A DNA stretch of 64,000 bases from Schmidtea nova (Eukaryota), in NCBI GenBank assembly GCA_044892505.1, contig CM097883.1:242358001-242422000 (forward strand), in the 5' to 3' direction. The first letter of the stretch is position 1; each line of letters opens with the position of its first letter. Shown here in pieces: positions 1-9,226 of the stretch. The position numbers and the translations under genes were made by a program. The notes beneath the pieces are model-generated. The model ran no database searches and was not told where the DNA came from. It saw nothing but the letters and a program-made list of their open reading frames with translations.

Positions 1-792
1 AATTCAATCAGATTTTTTAAATAAAATTCTACATCTAAACTAAATACTAAAAAGGTTGAACCGCCATGTGAGACCCTGAGGCCCCACAACGACGACTCGG
101 ACTCCCTTGCCGCGTGAGAAGCCTAGGAAGTATAACTATATGCATGATTAAAAATTAAATTCAGATTTAGAAAAATTAAAGGTTTCATAAAATTATAATT
201 ACTAAACGATGAAAATCATGGATACATCAAAATAATAAATAATCAAAATAACAAATTACGTTCCGTACTCGAATGTGTGGTTCCTTGTATGAAAATCGGT
301 TTCTCGAAAAGTATCGTTCCGTTAAATAAAATATTTCTTAAAATCAAAGTTTAGTCTTGATTGTAAGTTAAAAGTAAAATGTCTGTTGTTGTGATTTTTG
401 GATCGGTATTTATACTGATCCGTCTGGTTGGATTGACCAATCAGGATCAGGCCGTCCATCAAAGTATTTTTATTATTTTATTCTAACCTAAACATTATTT
501 TGTTTCCTTTTCCGGTTTCTCGCTGGGTGGTCCTGATTTTCCAAGTAATTAATTAATTATTTGCACTATTATTTTATTTAATTCTATCTTTTCTTATTTC
601 AGGCCCCCTTTTGCTGTTGTTTAACGGTTTATTTTCAAAATTTCCTTTTACTGAAAATTTATCAAATATTATTTGTCATTTTATTGTTATTTTTAATTTG
701 TTTTTCTTGTTATTTTTATGTTTATTATTTTCTTTATTGTTTCATGTTTTCGCTCTTTTATTGTGTTTTTAGGTGATTTGGCGGGCCCAACA
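1..792 (-). repeat. 3' LTR, partial (about 1.44 kb predicted to lie upstream of the window)
   Basis: Near-identical to 29015-29806; I counted about 5 substitutions and no net indel by eye. Ends ...GCGGGCCCAACA, which is TGTTGGG on the element strand. Confidence 0.97.
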
Positions 793-810
793 TCACCCGG
801 GGACCCCTAA
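793..810 (-). promoter_or_regulatory. Atypical G-rich tract at the PPT position
   Basis: Element strand reads TTAGGGGTCCCCGGGTGA directly before TGTTGGG; G-rich but interrupted by TCCCC. Confidence 0.45.
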
Positions 811-993
811 AATTGCGTCCCGCAATTAATTATACATAAATACTTATATTCATCATCCATAAAAAGTTCATAGAATTATACATGCAAAGAAAAATCACAT
901 AAGGTGATCGAATTTATACATATCATAAAGTTTGTCATTAAATAGTCAAAATGTAATGATTTGTCACAATAGTTCGATAAGTTATCATAATGT

Positions 994-1563
994 TTATACA
1001 ATTTGTTCGATCGTCTGGCTCGCTTGGGGTTGAGTTCGGGTCCTCTCGTTGATCATTTGTAGCTCGTAGTGGGTTTGAATGTGGTTGAGATGGCTCCTTA
1101 TTCGTCTTTGAGCTCGGTTATCTCGTCTGGAGGTTTGGTTGTAGATTTTCTGCTTTTGTTTTAGGATTTTTATTCTATATGAGGCAAGTAGGATTGTGAT
1201 TGCGATGATAGTTGTGCTGACTGATAGGATTATGATGATTGCTATGATCCATTTTTCTTGATATTCTATTTCAGCTTGGGATAGGCTTTTTATGGGCTCT
1301 CTACCTTCTTTCAGGATTTTTCGGGTTTATTTTAATTTCAGTTGTTGGTTACCGAAGATTTGTTGGATTTGATGGTCTTGATTGTGGGGGTATTTCTGTC
1401 GGAATTCGTTGATTTCTTTAATTACTTCTTCGATTAGGCTGTCTACTTTTTGGTAGGTTTTGTCGGGTAGAACTCGTAATTGGGTTTCGGTTAGTTGTAG
1501 ATCTTCTTTCTGTAGGGTAATGGTTGTTAACCATAGAAGTGTTGCTATTGCGAGCTTTCTCAT
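994..1563 (-). pseudogene. Small type-I membrane protein (signal peptide, ectodomain, TM, basic tail) split by one in-frame TAA at 1327-1329
   Basis: MRKLAIATLLWLTTITLQ is signal-like. The frame stays open for 110 codons after the TAA and includes WIIAIIIILSVSTTIIAITILLASY; final stop at 994-996. Confidence 0.7.
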
Positions 1564-1638
1564 CTCTTTTATACATCGGTCAATACAGCTTGACACTTTT
1601 TATTTTACATAATTTATTTACACTTGGTTTCCGCACAT

Positions 1639-2700
1639 TTATACAAGGGTTTCGTTGGGTTCGTGAAAACTTTCGTCTTGAGGTTCCACCTGATTTATGG
1701 GGAGTGGCATCCATATTACCGTACTCCTCCACATTTCCACTTCCTCTCGGTACGTGTTGGATATCTGGATCTCTTCATCTAATAAGTATTCCAGATAGTT
1801 TGCCTGTTCTGTTAGGGTTTCTATTTGTCTTTCTAGTTCCATTAATCTTTTCTCTCTCTCTTCTTTCTCCATCATTTCCGTTACTGCTGCTGTAATACTT
1901 GTTTCCTTTGTGGGTATTGGTTTTTCTGTCAGCTTTTTCCTCAGTTCTTCGTTTTCTTTTGTCAAATTGGTTATGTTCTCCTCATAACTCTGCCTCGTTT
2001 CTTCCAGTCTTTCTTTAGTTCTTTTTAATTCTATTTTCTTCTGGGTAATCACTCCTTGATATCCATTTATATCTCTTTTCATGTTTTCTTCCTTGTGATT
2101 CCACATTCCGGTCAGCATACCTTTTAATTGTTCTTGATTGGCTAAATCCTCTCCCATTCTTTGTACTTGATAAGTTAATTCTTTAATTTTCTTGGCTTGT
2201 TCCCTGATGAATTGCTGTCTTTTCTTACTCCATACTTTATTTGACGCTTCTTGACTGATCTTTTGCCCTAATTCCTCTTTTAATTCATCGATCTCTTTAA
2301 ACAGTTTCCAATCATCGCTATACGCTGTTCGTTCTATTATCTCCCTTGCTTCCTTGTAAGAGTCTTTTGCCTCTTTCTTCCAATATCTTGCTTGTTCGGT
2401 GATTGACTGGATCTTATGGTCTGTTTTTATCTGTTGTCTATCCCTATCCTCTCTTCGCTCTTTCATCATCTCTTTGTAGTATTCATTTTGTTGCCTTAGC
2501 AGTTTGTAGACTTCTTCTATTTTTTCTCGACTTCTTTGATTCGTTTTCTCGGCTTCTCTTAGTGCTTCGGTTTGTCTTTCCAATTCCTCCTGTTTTCGAT
2601 AATAGGCATGAATCCATATCCCAATCCGCTCCATGTGATTGCTGATCATTTCGTCTTGATGTACGGTTACTTCTTGTAAGGTTACTTCTATATTTCCCAT
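1639..2700 (-). CDS. Accessory coiled-coil protein, 353 aa, unknown function
   Basis: Long ATG ORF, E/K/Q/R-rich heptad-like sequence, same strand and composition as the element. Confidence 0.75.
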   Translation of the reverse strand: MGNIEVTLQEVTVHQDEMISNHMERIGIWIHAYYRKQEELERQTEALREAEKTNQRSREKIEEVYKLLRQQNEYYKEMMKERREDRDRQQIKTDHKIQSITEQARYWKKEAKDSYKEAREIIERTAYSDDWKLFKEIDELKEELGQKISQEASNKVWSKKRQQFIREQAKKIKELTYQVQRMGEDLANQEQLKGMLTGMWNHKEENMKRDINGYQGVITQKKIELKRTKERLEETRQSYEENITNLTKENEELRKKLTEKPIPTKETSITAAVTEMMEKEEREKRLMELERQIETLTEQANYLEYLLDEEIQISNTYREEVEMWRSTVIWMPLPINQVEPQDESFHEPNETLV

Positions 2701-2813
2701 TTCTATAATTACAGATAAAAAGAATATTTAATCAGTTTTTATTTTTATTGTTTTTGATTATTTGTTATTTCATATTGTTTCTATACATTTTATTTACATG
2801 GTTACTTCCTTCA

Positions 2814-4190
2814 TTACGCCAACCATCCTTTTCTATCCGTTTTCTCATGCCTCTCCATTTCTATGTATAGCGTGTCTGCATATAGTCGCTCCCATAGGTT
2901 TTCTTTCCTTATGAACATTGGTTCTCCTACTGCTAGTCCGCATTCTGTTGTTGGTTTTTCACTCGTACTCGTATGTTTGTCTGTCTCGAAGAACTTTTCC
3001 ACTGGTTTTCCTATACTTTTGATTCTTATAATGACTCCTACTTTCAAGGGCCATTCTATTAGGTCATCGTATTCTCCTTTACATAACGAGAAAAATATTG
3101 ACACGTGTGTTCCTTGTCCTCTTCCGTCTTCATTTGGGTATACCTTCAATCTTATTTTGACCCCATTTTTCCATAAATAAAATGGTGGGCTTATTACTGC
3201 TGTTTTAGTCATATTTCGGGCTTCTGTTAGTTTGTCTCTGAAATCTGTTATTTTCCATAGGTAAGGTGCAATTGGTAAGTCCCTTCTTTCGTCAATTTCT
3301 CGTATTAATTGATTATATTGTATCTTCATTCCTTTTCCTAACTCCTCTATGGCTGTTATTTTCTCTTCCATTCTTTCGCGAGTTAGTTCAAACTGCTCTC
3401 TCGTTTCTAGTAATATATTTACCATTATTTTATGTGATTCCACCTCTTTTCCCAGTTTCTGGATTATCTGTTCCGTTTCTTTTGCTGCTTCGTTTGTCAT
3501 CTCCACATGTATTAGTGCTGCTTCTTCCAGATGCTGTTTCATTGTTTGCCGCGTCCGCTTTTCCTTGCATCCTTGTTTGTTATATGGACATTCTCTTGGT
3601 CTTTCGGTACATACTTTCCAATGTTCATGTAACTTTACTTCTTCTGTTATTTCGCAATTGTTTGGACATTTACTTACATATTGTCCGCATACTTTCTCTT
3701 CCGTTATATTCAAGTGTTCTTCTTCAATTTTCCTCCTTGTTTCTTGAGTTTGGCAGTATTCGCATGCGATTTCTTCTTCTTTACATTCGTCCTTGTGTTG
3801 TTCTCTCTTCTTTAGAATTATTGACTGTTGGCACTTCTCGCATTCGGTTCTTTTCTCCTCGCACTTTTCCATATGGTTTTCTAGATTACTTATTTGTCCT
3901 TGCCATGTACAAGGTGTATTTACGCACTCCGTTGTGGTGCTCATAATTTCTCTTTGGGTTGCTTTGTCCGTTCTAGTTTCGTCCAACACTATTCTTCCTT
4001 CTTTACATTCTGGGCATGTTGTTATTCCTGTTGCATCTAATTCTTGTATACACTTCTTACATATTCTACATCCACATATCGTTTGTCTGGGTTCTCGTAA
4101 TAAATTGTTACACTTCCCGCATGTGAGCCTCTTGCTCCATTTTCTGTTTTCTAGTCTCAAAATTTCGATTATTCGTTCTTCTCTGTCCAT
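2814..4190 (-). CDS. TRAF-family protein (RING, TRAF zinc fingers, coiled coil, MATH domain)
   Basis: CGKCNNLLREPRQTICGCRICKKC..CPEC RING; CTWQG..LENH..C and CPYNKQGC fingers; YLWKITDF..SPPFY..G.KIRLKVYPN..G.GQGTHVSIFF..KGEYDDLIEWP MATH signature. Confidence 0.95.
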   Translation of the reverse strand: MDREERIIEILRLENRKWSKRLTCGKCNNLLREPRQTICGCRICKKCIQELDATGITTCPECKEGRIVLDETRTDKATQREIMSTTTECVNTPCTWQGQISNLENHMEKCEEKRTECEKCQQSIILKKREQHKDECKEEEIACEYCQTQETRRKIEEEHLNITEEKVCGQYVSKCPNNCEITEEVKLHEHWKVCTERPRECPYNKQGCKEKRTRQTMKQHLEEAALIHVEMTNEAAKETEQIIQKLGKEVESHKIMVNILLETREQFELTRERMEEKITAIEELGKGMKIQYNQLIREIDERRDLPIAPYLWKITDFRDKLTEARNMTKTAVISPPFYLWKNGVKIRLKVYPNEDGRGQGTHVSIFFSLCKGEYDDLIEWPLKVGVIIRIKSIGKPVEKFFETDKHTSTSEKPTTECGLAVGEPMFIRKENLWERLYADTLYIEMERHEKTDRKGWLA

Positions 4191-4301
4191 TTTCTACAAT
4201 AATATATACTTTTCTACAATAATATATACATTCGACTTGTCATTTATTTTTGATTTTTCTTGTTTTTATTTTACATATTTACAGTTTTCCGCTTTATTTA
4301 T

Positions 4302-4679
4302 CTATGGCTCATTCGTTGAATCTGGTTCCGCTTCGTTGTTTATTCTATTTATTACCCAACTCATCCATCCTTCTTCGGATTCTTCTCCTTCCCCTCGTGT
4401 TAAATGGTTTATTTCTATTGCTTGTCTTTGATTGATATTGCTTATATTTTGATTTTCTCTGGTGAGTTCAGTTATCGTTCTTTGTTGTTCCTCTATTCTG
4501 TGTAATTGCTCGAAACAGTTGTTATAACTTTCTGATAGTAACATTTGTTTTTCCGCTAATTGGTTCTGTAATGAGTTGACTGTTCGTACTAATAAATCGC
4601 ATTGCGCTTTCCATCTCATAGCCATAGTTATTTCAGTTGTTTCGTCTTGTTCGGTCATTTTCTGAATTATATACATCAT
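4302..4679 (-). CDS. Small accessory coiled-coil protein
   Basis: 125-aa ATG ORF with heptad-like Q/L/E pattern, lying between other cargo genes. Confidence 0.65.
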   Translation of the reverse strand: MMYIIQKMTEQDETTEITMAMRWKAQCDLLVRTVNSLQNQLAEKQMLLSESYNNCFEQLHRIEEQQRTITELTRENQNISNINQRQAIEINHLTRGEGEESEEGWMSWVINRINNEAEPDSTNEP

Positions 4680-4783
4680 TTACTTTGCTTTTCTGTCTTT
4701 TTACAATTTTTATAATATCGATACCCATACTATTACGGTAATGCTTTGTTATTTACACTATTATTTACAGTCATAATCCGCCC

Positions 4784-5236
4784 CTATACCATCATTATCG
4801 TCTTTTCCTCGTATCGTTCTTCATCTTCTATTTGTTTCCAGAATTCTTTACCTTTCGTTCTTCTTTGGAATTCTTTCTGTATCTCTTTTGGTATTTCTAT
4901 TCTTTGTTTCATAATTTTAATATCTGGCCATTGTATGGCTGTCGCTTTGTTTCTCTTTTTGTATCTCCAATATACTATTATGCTTGTCGTCAGTATTCCA
5001 TATGCTATTAATATTCCTATACTAATTAATCCTATTACTGTTTTTCCACGGTTTGTTGCTTTGATTTTATTCTGATTCGCTTTTATCTCATTTTGGGTTT
5101 GAGCCTCTGGCTTCTTCTCCTTCTGCACTTGATTCTTGACTTTGTTCATTACTTCTTGTGTAGACCAATGGCGGTTTAGTAGTTGTTTGACGTCATTTTC
5201 CGTTGTCTGGTTTTCTACGCCTCCTGGTTCGATCTG
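4784..5236 (-). CDS. In-frame continuation of the 1329-aa ORF beyond TAA 5237-5239: second TM anchor and tail
   Basis: I translated 5236-5150 as 29 open codons in frame with ORF 4784-5149. HWSTQEVMNKVK and LISIGILIAYGILTTSIIVYW parallel KWTPEEVIKEVK and LIGLGILTATIPVIIALSAIW in the upstream copy. Confidence 0.8.
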   Translation of the reverse strand, partial: QIEPGGVENQTTENDVKQLLNRHWSTQEVMNKVKNQVQKEKKPEAQTQNEIKANQNKIKATNRGKTVIGLISIGILIAYGILTTSIIVYWRYKKRNKATAIQWPDIKIMKQRIEIPKEIQKEFQRRTKGKEFWKQIEDEERYEEKTIMMV

Positions 5237-8200
5237 TTACTGCAGTTTCTCTGAGATCTGATATAATCCGCATTCTGGTTTTTCTGAACCTTTTCTGGTG
5301 AAGGTACATATCGCGTATGTCCTATTTACTTCCATTTTCTTTAATTCGACTTTTTCTTTATTCTTTATTTCTTTACAGTGGGTTAGGTTGTCTTCTTCCA
5401 CTTCTGGTTTATGTTTTGTCCAACATATTCCTTTAACTGTCTGATCAAGTCCTGTTAATGTCAGAGTTCTTTCTGTTTTAATTAGTTCTTCTTCATCGAA
5501 TTTCAGAATCTCTCCTTTTCGGAATGTCTTGCAATTCTCTGTTCCGGGTTGATCCTCTTGGGTTCCTTTCTCCCATATACATATACTTCCTTCTTCGTTC
5601 ATTTGTATTTCTTGTATTTCGATTTCCTTGTTTGTTCGTGATTCGTCGCTTGTCTGAACTTGGTATTCCTTCCTTGGTTCGTTGTATGTTCCCCAGCATA
5701 GTTTGTTGCTGCTTGTTTTTCTTATTGTTATGGCCATTTGTTCTATTATTATTCCTCTGTCAAAACGTTTGGACATTGCTATTATTAACGCTATGCATAC
5801 GCACTCTTGTTGGGGTGATATTCTTTCTCTCGTGTTATTGGTGCTTCTCTCCCCTTCTCCTGGTTTATCCGTTGTGTTTCTTATCTGAGTTGCTGGTTGA
5901 TCTATTGTGTTTTTGATTTCTTTCTTTGTTGGTTTTACTCTATACCATTCAAGTCTAGGCGTTTCGTATTTTTGGCATACGACTGTCTTAGGTAGCCCCG
6001 ACTTCTTTTCCTTTCCTATTATGCATATCCGATGCATGATTCCTCTATCCATCCCTTCTATTCGTACTATATCCTGGTTGGATTTTCTGATTATGCATTT
6101 TAGTGGGTTATCTTTCCCAATTAGTTCATCCTCTCTATTCCAGCATATTTTCTCGACCTCCTGGACATTTACTATTTTTATCCCTGCTTGTAGGTTTGTT
6201 GCTTCTTCCCTATTGATTAATGTCAATATTATTGTTAGACCCAACCATTTCGAACTCTGCGGTAGGCTTCTGGTTCGCCTTTCATATTTTTTCTCTTCGC
6301 CTTTAATCTCTTTTATTTCCTTGTCTTCGTTGTTTATTCCTAGTTTTCCGCTTTTTGCTTCTTTCTTATTTGGTTCTTCTCGTGCTTTTTCTTCTAGTAT
6401 TTCTACTCCATGGCTTGTATTATCTATATTTAGCCATTGGGTTGTTGATTTTCTGGGACTTATCTTGCGTATCCATATAGCTGATAAGGCGATTATTACT
6501 GGTATGGTTGCTGTTAATATTCCTAAACCAATTAATTCTTTAATTTGTTTATTCTCGTCTGTTTGTATAGATTCGCTTTGGTTGAACATTATTCCGTATT
6601 GTCCTTTTAGTTGTCTCCTTAGTTGTTCGCGTTCCTGCTGCTTTCTTTTGACTTCTTTGATAACTTCTTCCGGTGTCCATTTTGCTTGAGGATCGGTTAT
6701 TATTTTTTCTGCGTCCATTTGTTCATTCGTTTGGCTTAGTTCCTTGAATTCGAGTTTCCTTGCTACTCCTTTTGATGTCGCGTTTGCTGGTGTATAGTAG
6801 GTTTCGCATCTTTCTTGTTGGTTTCCTAGTGCGTCCATTTTTTCTATTGTACATACTTCATACTCGCTATTAAATTGTAGTTTTTCGATCCTGATTTCTT
6901 TATTTGTTTTTCTGCACTCTCTTGATTGTCTTCTTATATGTTTCTGGACTATTATCCAACATATTTCCAATGTTTTATTCTCTATTTTCCATAATGTTAG
7001 AGTTGCTGATGTCTTTCTCTCGGGTTTTGTCGTAACTTCCTGGCTTATTGGTTGTTTATTGTTTTTAAAGGTAGTGGTGTACTTCGGTTTTCCTTTGTTT
7101 CGTTGTTTCCTTTTATTTTTCCGTGTTAACGTTTTGGTTCTTGTTCCGGATGAAGTTATATGTATTCCGCATTCTAGGTCGTTTATCGTTATCTGATCAT
7201 TTTTCTTTACCAAACATATTTCGTAGGTTTGTTTACTTTCTAACCCTTTTATTTGTATCGTTGTTGCTCCTGTGCTTGTTCGGCATTGTGGTGTCATTCT
7301 TTTATTTACTTTCTTTTCGTACTTCCTCCAGCATACTCCTTTCACATTTGGTTCTATCTCTTTTATTTCTAATGTTATGTTTACTTTCCGCTTGATTTGT
7401 TTATTTCTCTTCCTCGTTCTCCTTCTGAACTTTATTACTTCTCCAGGTTGAAATGTTTTACATTTTGTGGTACCTTTCTTGTTTGTCTCTTTTTCTAGTA
7501 GGCATAGTTTGTACGTCTTATCTGCTTTTACTTCGGATACTTTAATTACTTTATTCGTTGTTGGTTTTCGACTTTTCCTTATTTCATTTACGCCGATTTC
7601 CTCGTTATTCCTCGCCCAACATTTTATGTTAGTATTCTGTGTATCTTCTACTTCTGTTATTGTCATAGTTTCAATTTCTATTCCTTCCTCTAATCGTTTT
7701 ATTATTATTAGTATGAGTGCTAAGTATAATACTTCCATTTGGTAAGACACTCTTTCGGTTTCGTTTGTGGCAACTCTTGCTTCGGGCCTCTCTATTGTAA
7801 TTCGTATAGTTGGTGTTGTTTGCTTATCTATTGCCTGGGGTTTTTTGTTTTCTGTTCCCTGTGTCTCTGTTCTTCCACATTTTCCGATGATGTAATCTCC
7901 TTTGGGTGACTGTTGTATTGTCATGGCTGCTTTAGGTGTTTGGTATTTTGCACATGCGATTGTGTTGTGTGATCTTGGATGCTTTTGTTTTCTAACGGTG
8001 CATATTTTGTACCAGGTATTTAGATCTAGGTCGTTGATCTCTATGATTTCTTGCTCGTGTTCTGAGATTCTGCAATCCATCGGACTATTTTGTTCCGTGA
8101 TTTTGTCCTTTTTTGACCAACATACTCGTTCGATTCCTTTTGCGTTTTTTATTTGTATTATTGCCCTTTCTTCACATGTCATTCCTTGACTTGGGTTAAT

Positions 8201-9226
8201 TAACGTTAAAATCACTGTTAATAATAGTAATTCTGGTTTGAAGAATGGTTTTATGGTTGATTTATAACCTGTTCTTTGGGTGTCATTTTTATCTCCTTGG
8301 TCGTTTTTTCCTTGTTCTCCCTCTTCATCTCTTTGTTTTTCGTCTTCATTTTTCTTTTCTTCCTTGTCTCGTTTCTTGTCTTTTCTCTCGTTTTCCTCTT
8401 TATCGGGTGGTTCGTGATCGTTTGAATTTTCTGAGTTGTTATCGTCGTCACTATCTGCATTGTCATCTCCCCCTGGCTCGTCGAAAATGTCGTCCTCGAC
8501 ATTGATTTCTTCTATTAGTTTTGCATACGCTAATGTCGTTAGATTACTTGCCTCGAATTCTTGTGTTTCTACCTGCTCCGGTATTACTTTGTTAGTGGAT
8601 TTATATTCCAAGATTTCCTTTTTGGCCTTGATCCAATTGTTGATGTATGTCTTCATCAATTCTTTCCATTTGCCTGTGTATTTTTCTTCTTTCGGGCTGG
8701 TTGTGATTTTTAGATCCTTTCTTTCCATAAACATCTTCAATATCTCTGGCCATTTATATGTTATTAGGGCACTTCTTATACACCAGTTTTGGTTATGTTC
8801 TGTAAACTCATTAATCCTGAATGCTAGTTCGTTGGTATTCGGATTTATCCACGTAAGTATTGATTCTGTTAGTTCAACATTGTGCATCATTGTCAATACA
8901 CTGGGTTTCTTAATTGTTTTGGTTAGGTATTCTATTTCTTCCTGGTTTGAGACGGTTTTAATGAAATTGACCATTTCCCAATTGTGTGTTAACAATGCTA
9001 CATCCAATATTGAATTATCTTTATCTGTTTTACCTGTAAGTCCTGCACCTGCTTTATATAGTTCTTCCAACACCTTTGTTTTTGTTTTGGCCCTTGCTGC
9101 AAATATCATAAGTGTATCTCCTTTCTCGTCTATCATATTCATGTTGCTTCCGCAGTTTAGCATTACTCTTGCAATTTCCATTACTTTTCTGTCTTTGCCA
9201 TTTCGTAAAGCTCTATGTATGGGCAT
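5237..9226 (-). CDS. Ankyrin repeats, helical domain, acidic linker, then two signal-peptide-led blocks of FN3-like modules (about 7) with a TM
   Basis: MPIHRAL, KGDTLMIFAA and NSILDVAL are ankyrin-like. Repeated CW..IxxLxxxxxYxIC..C modules. Hydrophobic segments LLLLTVILTLIN, LGLTIILTLIN and a TM near 6470-6535. Confidence 0.85.
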   Translation of the reverse strand: MPIHRALRNGKDRKVMEIARVMLNCGSNMNMIDEKGDTLMIFAARAKTKTKVLEELYKAGAGLTGKTDKDNSILDVALLTHNWEMVNFIKTVSNQEEIEYLTKTIKKPSVLTMMHNVELTESILTWINPNTNELAFRINEFTEHNQNWCIRSALITYKWPEILKMFMERKDLKITTSPKEEKYTGKWKELMKTYINNWIKAKKEILEYKSTNKVIPEQVETQEFEASNLTTLAYAKLIEEINVEDDIFDEPGGDDNADSDDDNNSENSNDHEPPDKEENERKDKKRDKEEKKNEDEKQRDEEGEQGKNDQGDKNDTQRTGYKSTIKPFFKPELLLLTVILTLINPSQGMTCEERAIIQIKNAKGIERVCWSKKDKITEQNSPMDCRISEHEQEIIEINDLDLNTWYKICTVRKQKHPRSHNTIACAKYQTPKAAMTIQQSPKGDYIIGKCGRTETQGTENKKPQAIDKQTTPTIRITIERPEARVATNETERVSYQMEVLYLALILIIIKRLEEGIEIETMTITEVEDTQNTNIKCWARNNEEIGVNEIRKSRKPTTNKVIKVSEVKADKTYKLCLLEKETNKKGTTKCKTFQPGEVIKFRRRTRKRNKQIKRKVNITLEIKEIEPNVKGVCWRKYEKKVNKRMTPQCRTSTGATTIQIKGLESKQTYEICLVKKNDQITINDLECGIHITSSGTRTKTLTRKNKRKQRNKGKPKYTTTFKNNKQPISQEVTTKPERKTSATLTLWKIENKTLEICWIIVQKHIRRQSRECRKTNKEIRIEKLQFNSEYEVCTIEKMDALGNQQERCETYYTPANATSKGVARKLEFKELSQTNEQMDAEKIITDPQAKWTPEEVIKEVKRKQQEREQLRRQLKGQYGIMFNQSESIQTDENKQIKELIGLGILTATIPVIIALSAIWIRKISPRKSTTQWLNIDNTSHGVEILEEKAREEPNKKEAKSGKLGINNEDKEIKEIKGEEKKYERRTRSLPQSSKWLGLTIILTLINREEATNLQAGIKIVNVQEVEKICWNREDELIGKDNPLKCIIRKSNQDIVRIEGMDRGIMHRICIIGKEKKSGLPKTVVCQKYETPRLEWYRVKPTKKEIKNTIDQPATQIRNTTDKPGEGERSTNNTRERISPQQECVCIALIIAMSKRFDRGIIIEQMAITIRKTSSNKLCWGTYNEPRKEYQVQTSDESRTNKEIEIQEIQMNEEGSICIWEKGTQEDQPGTENCKTFRKGEILKFDEEELIKTERTLTLTGLDQTVKGICWTKHKPEVEEDNLTHCKEIKNKEKVELKKMEVNRTYAICTFTRKGSEKPECGLYQISEKLQ

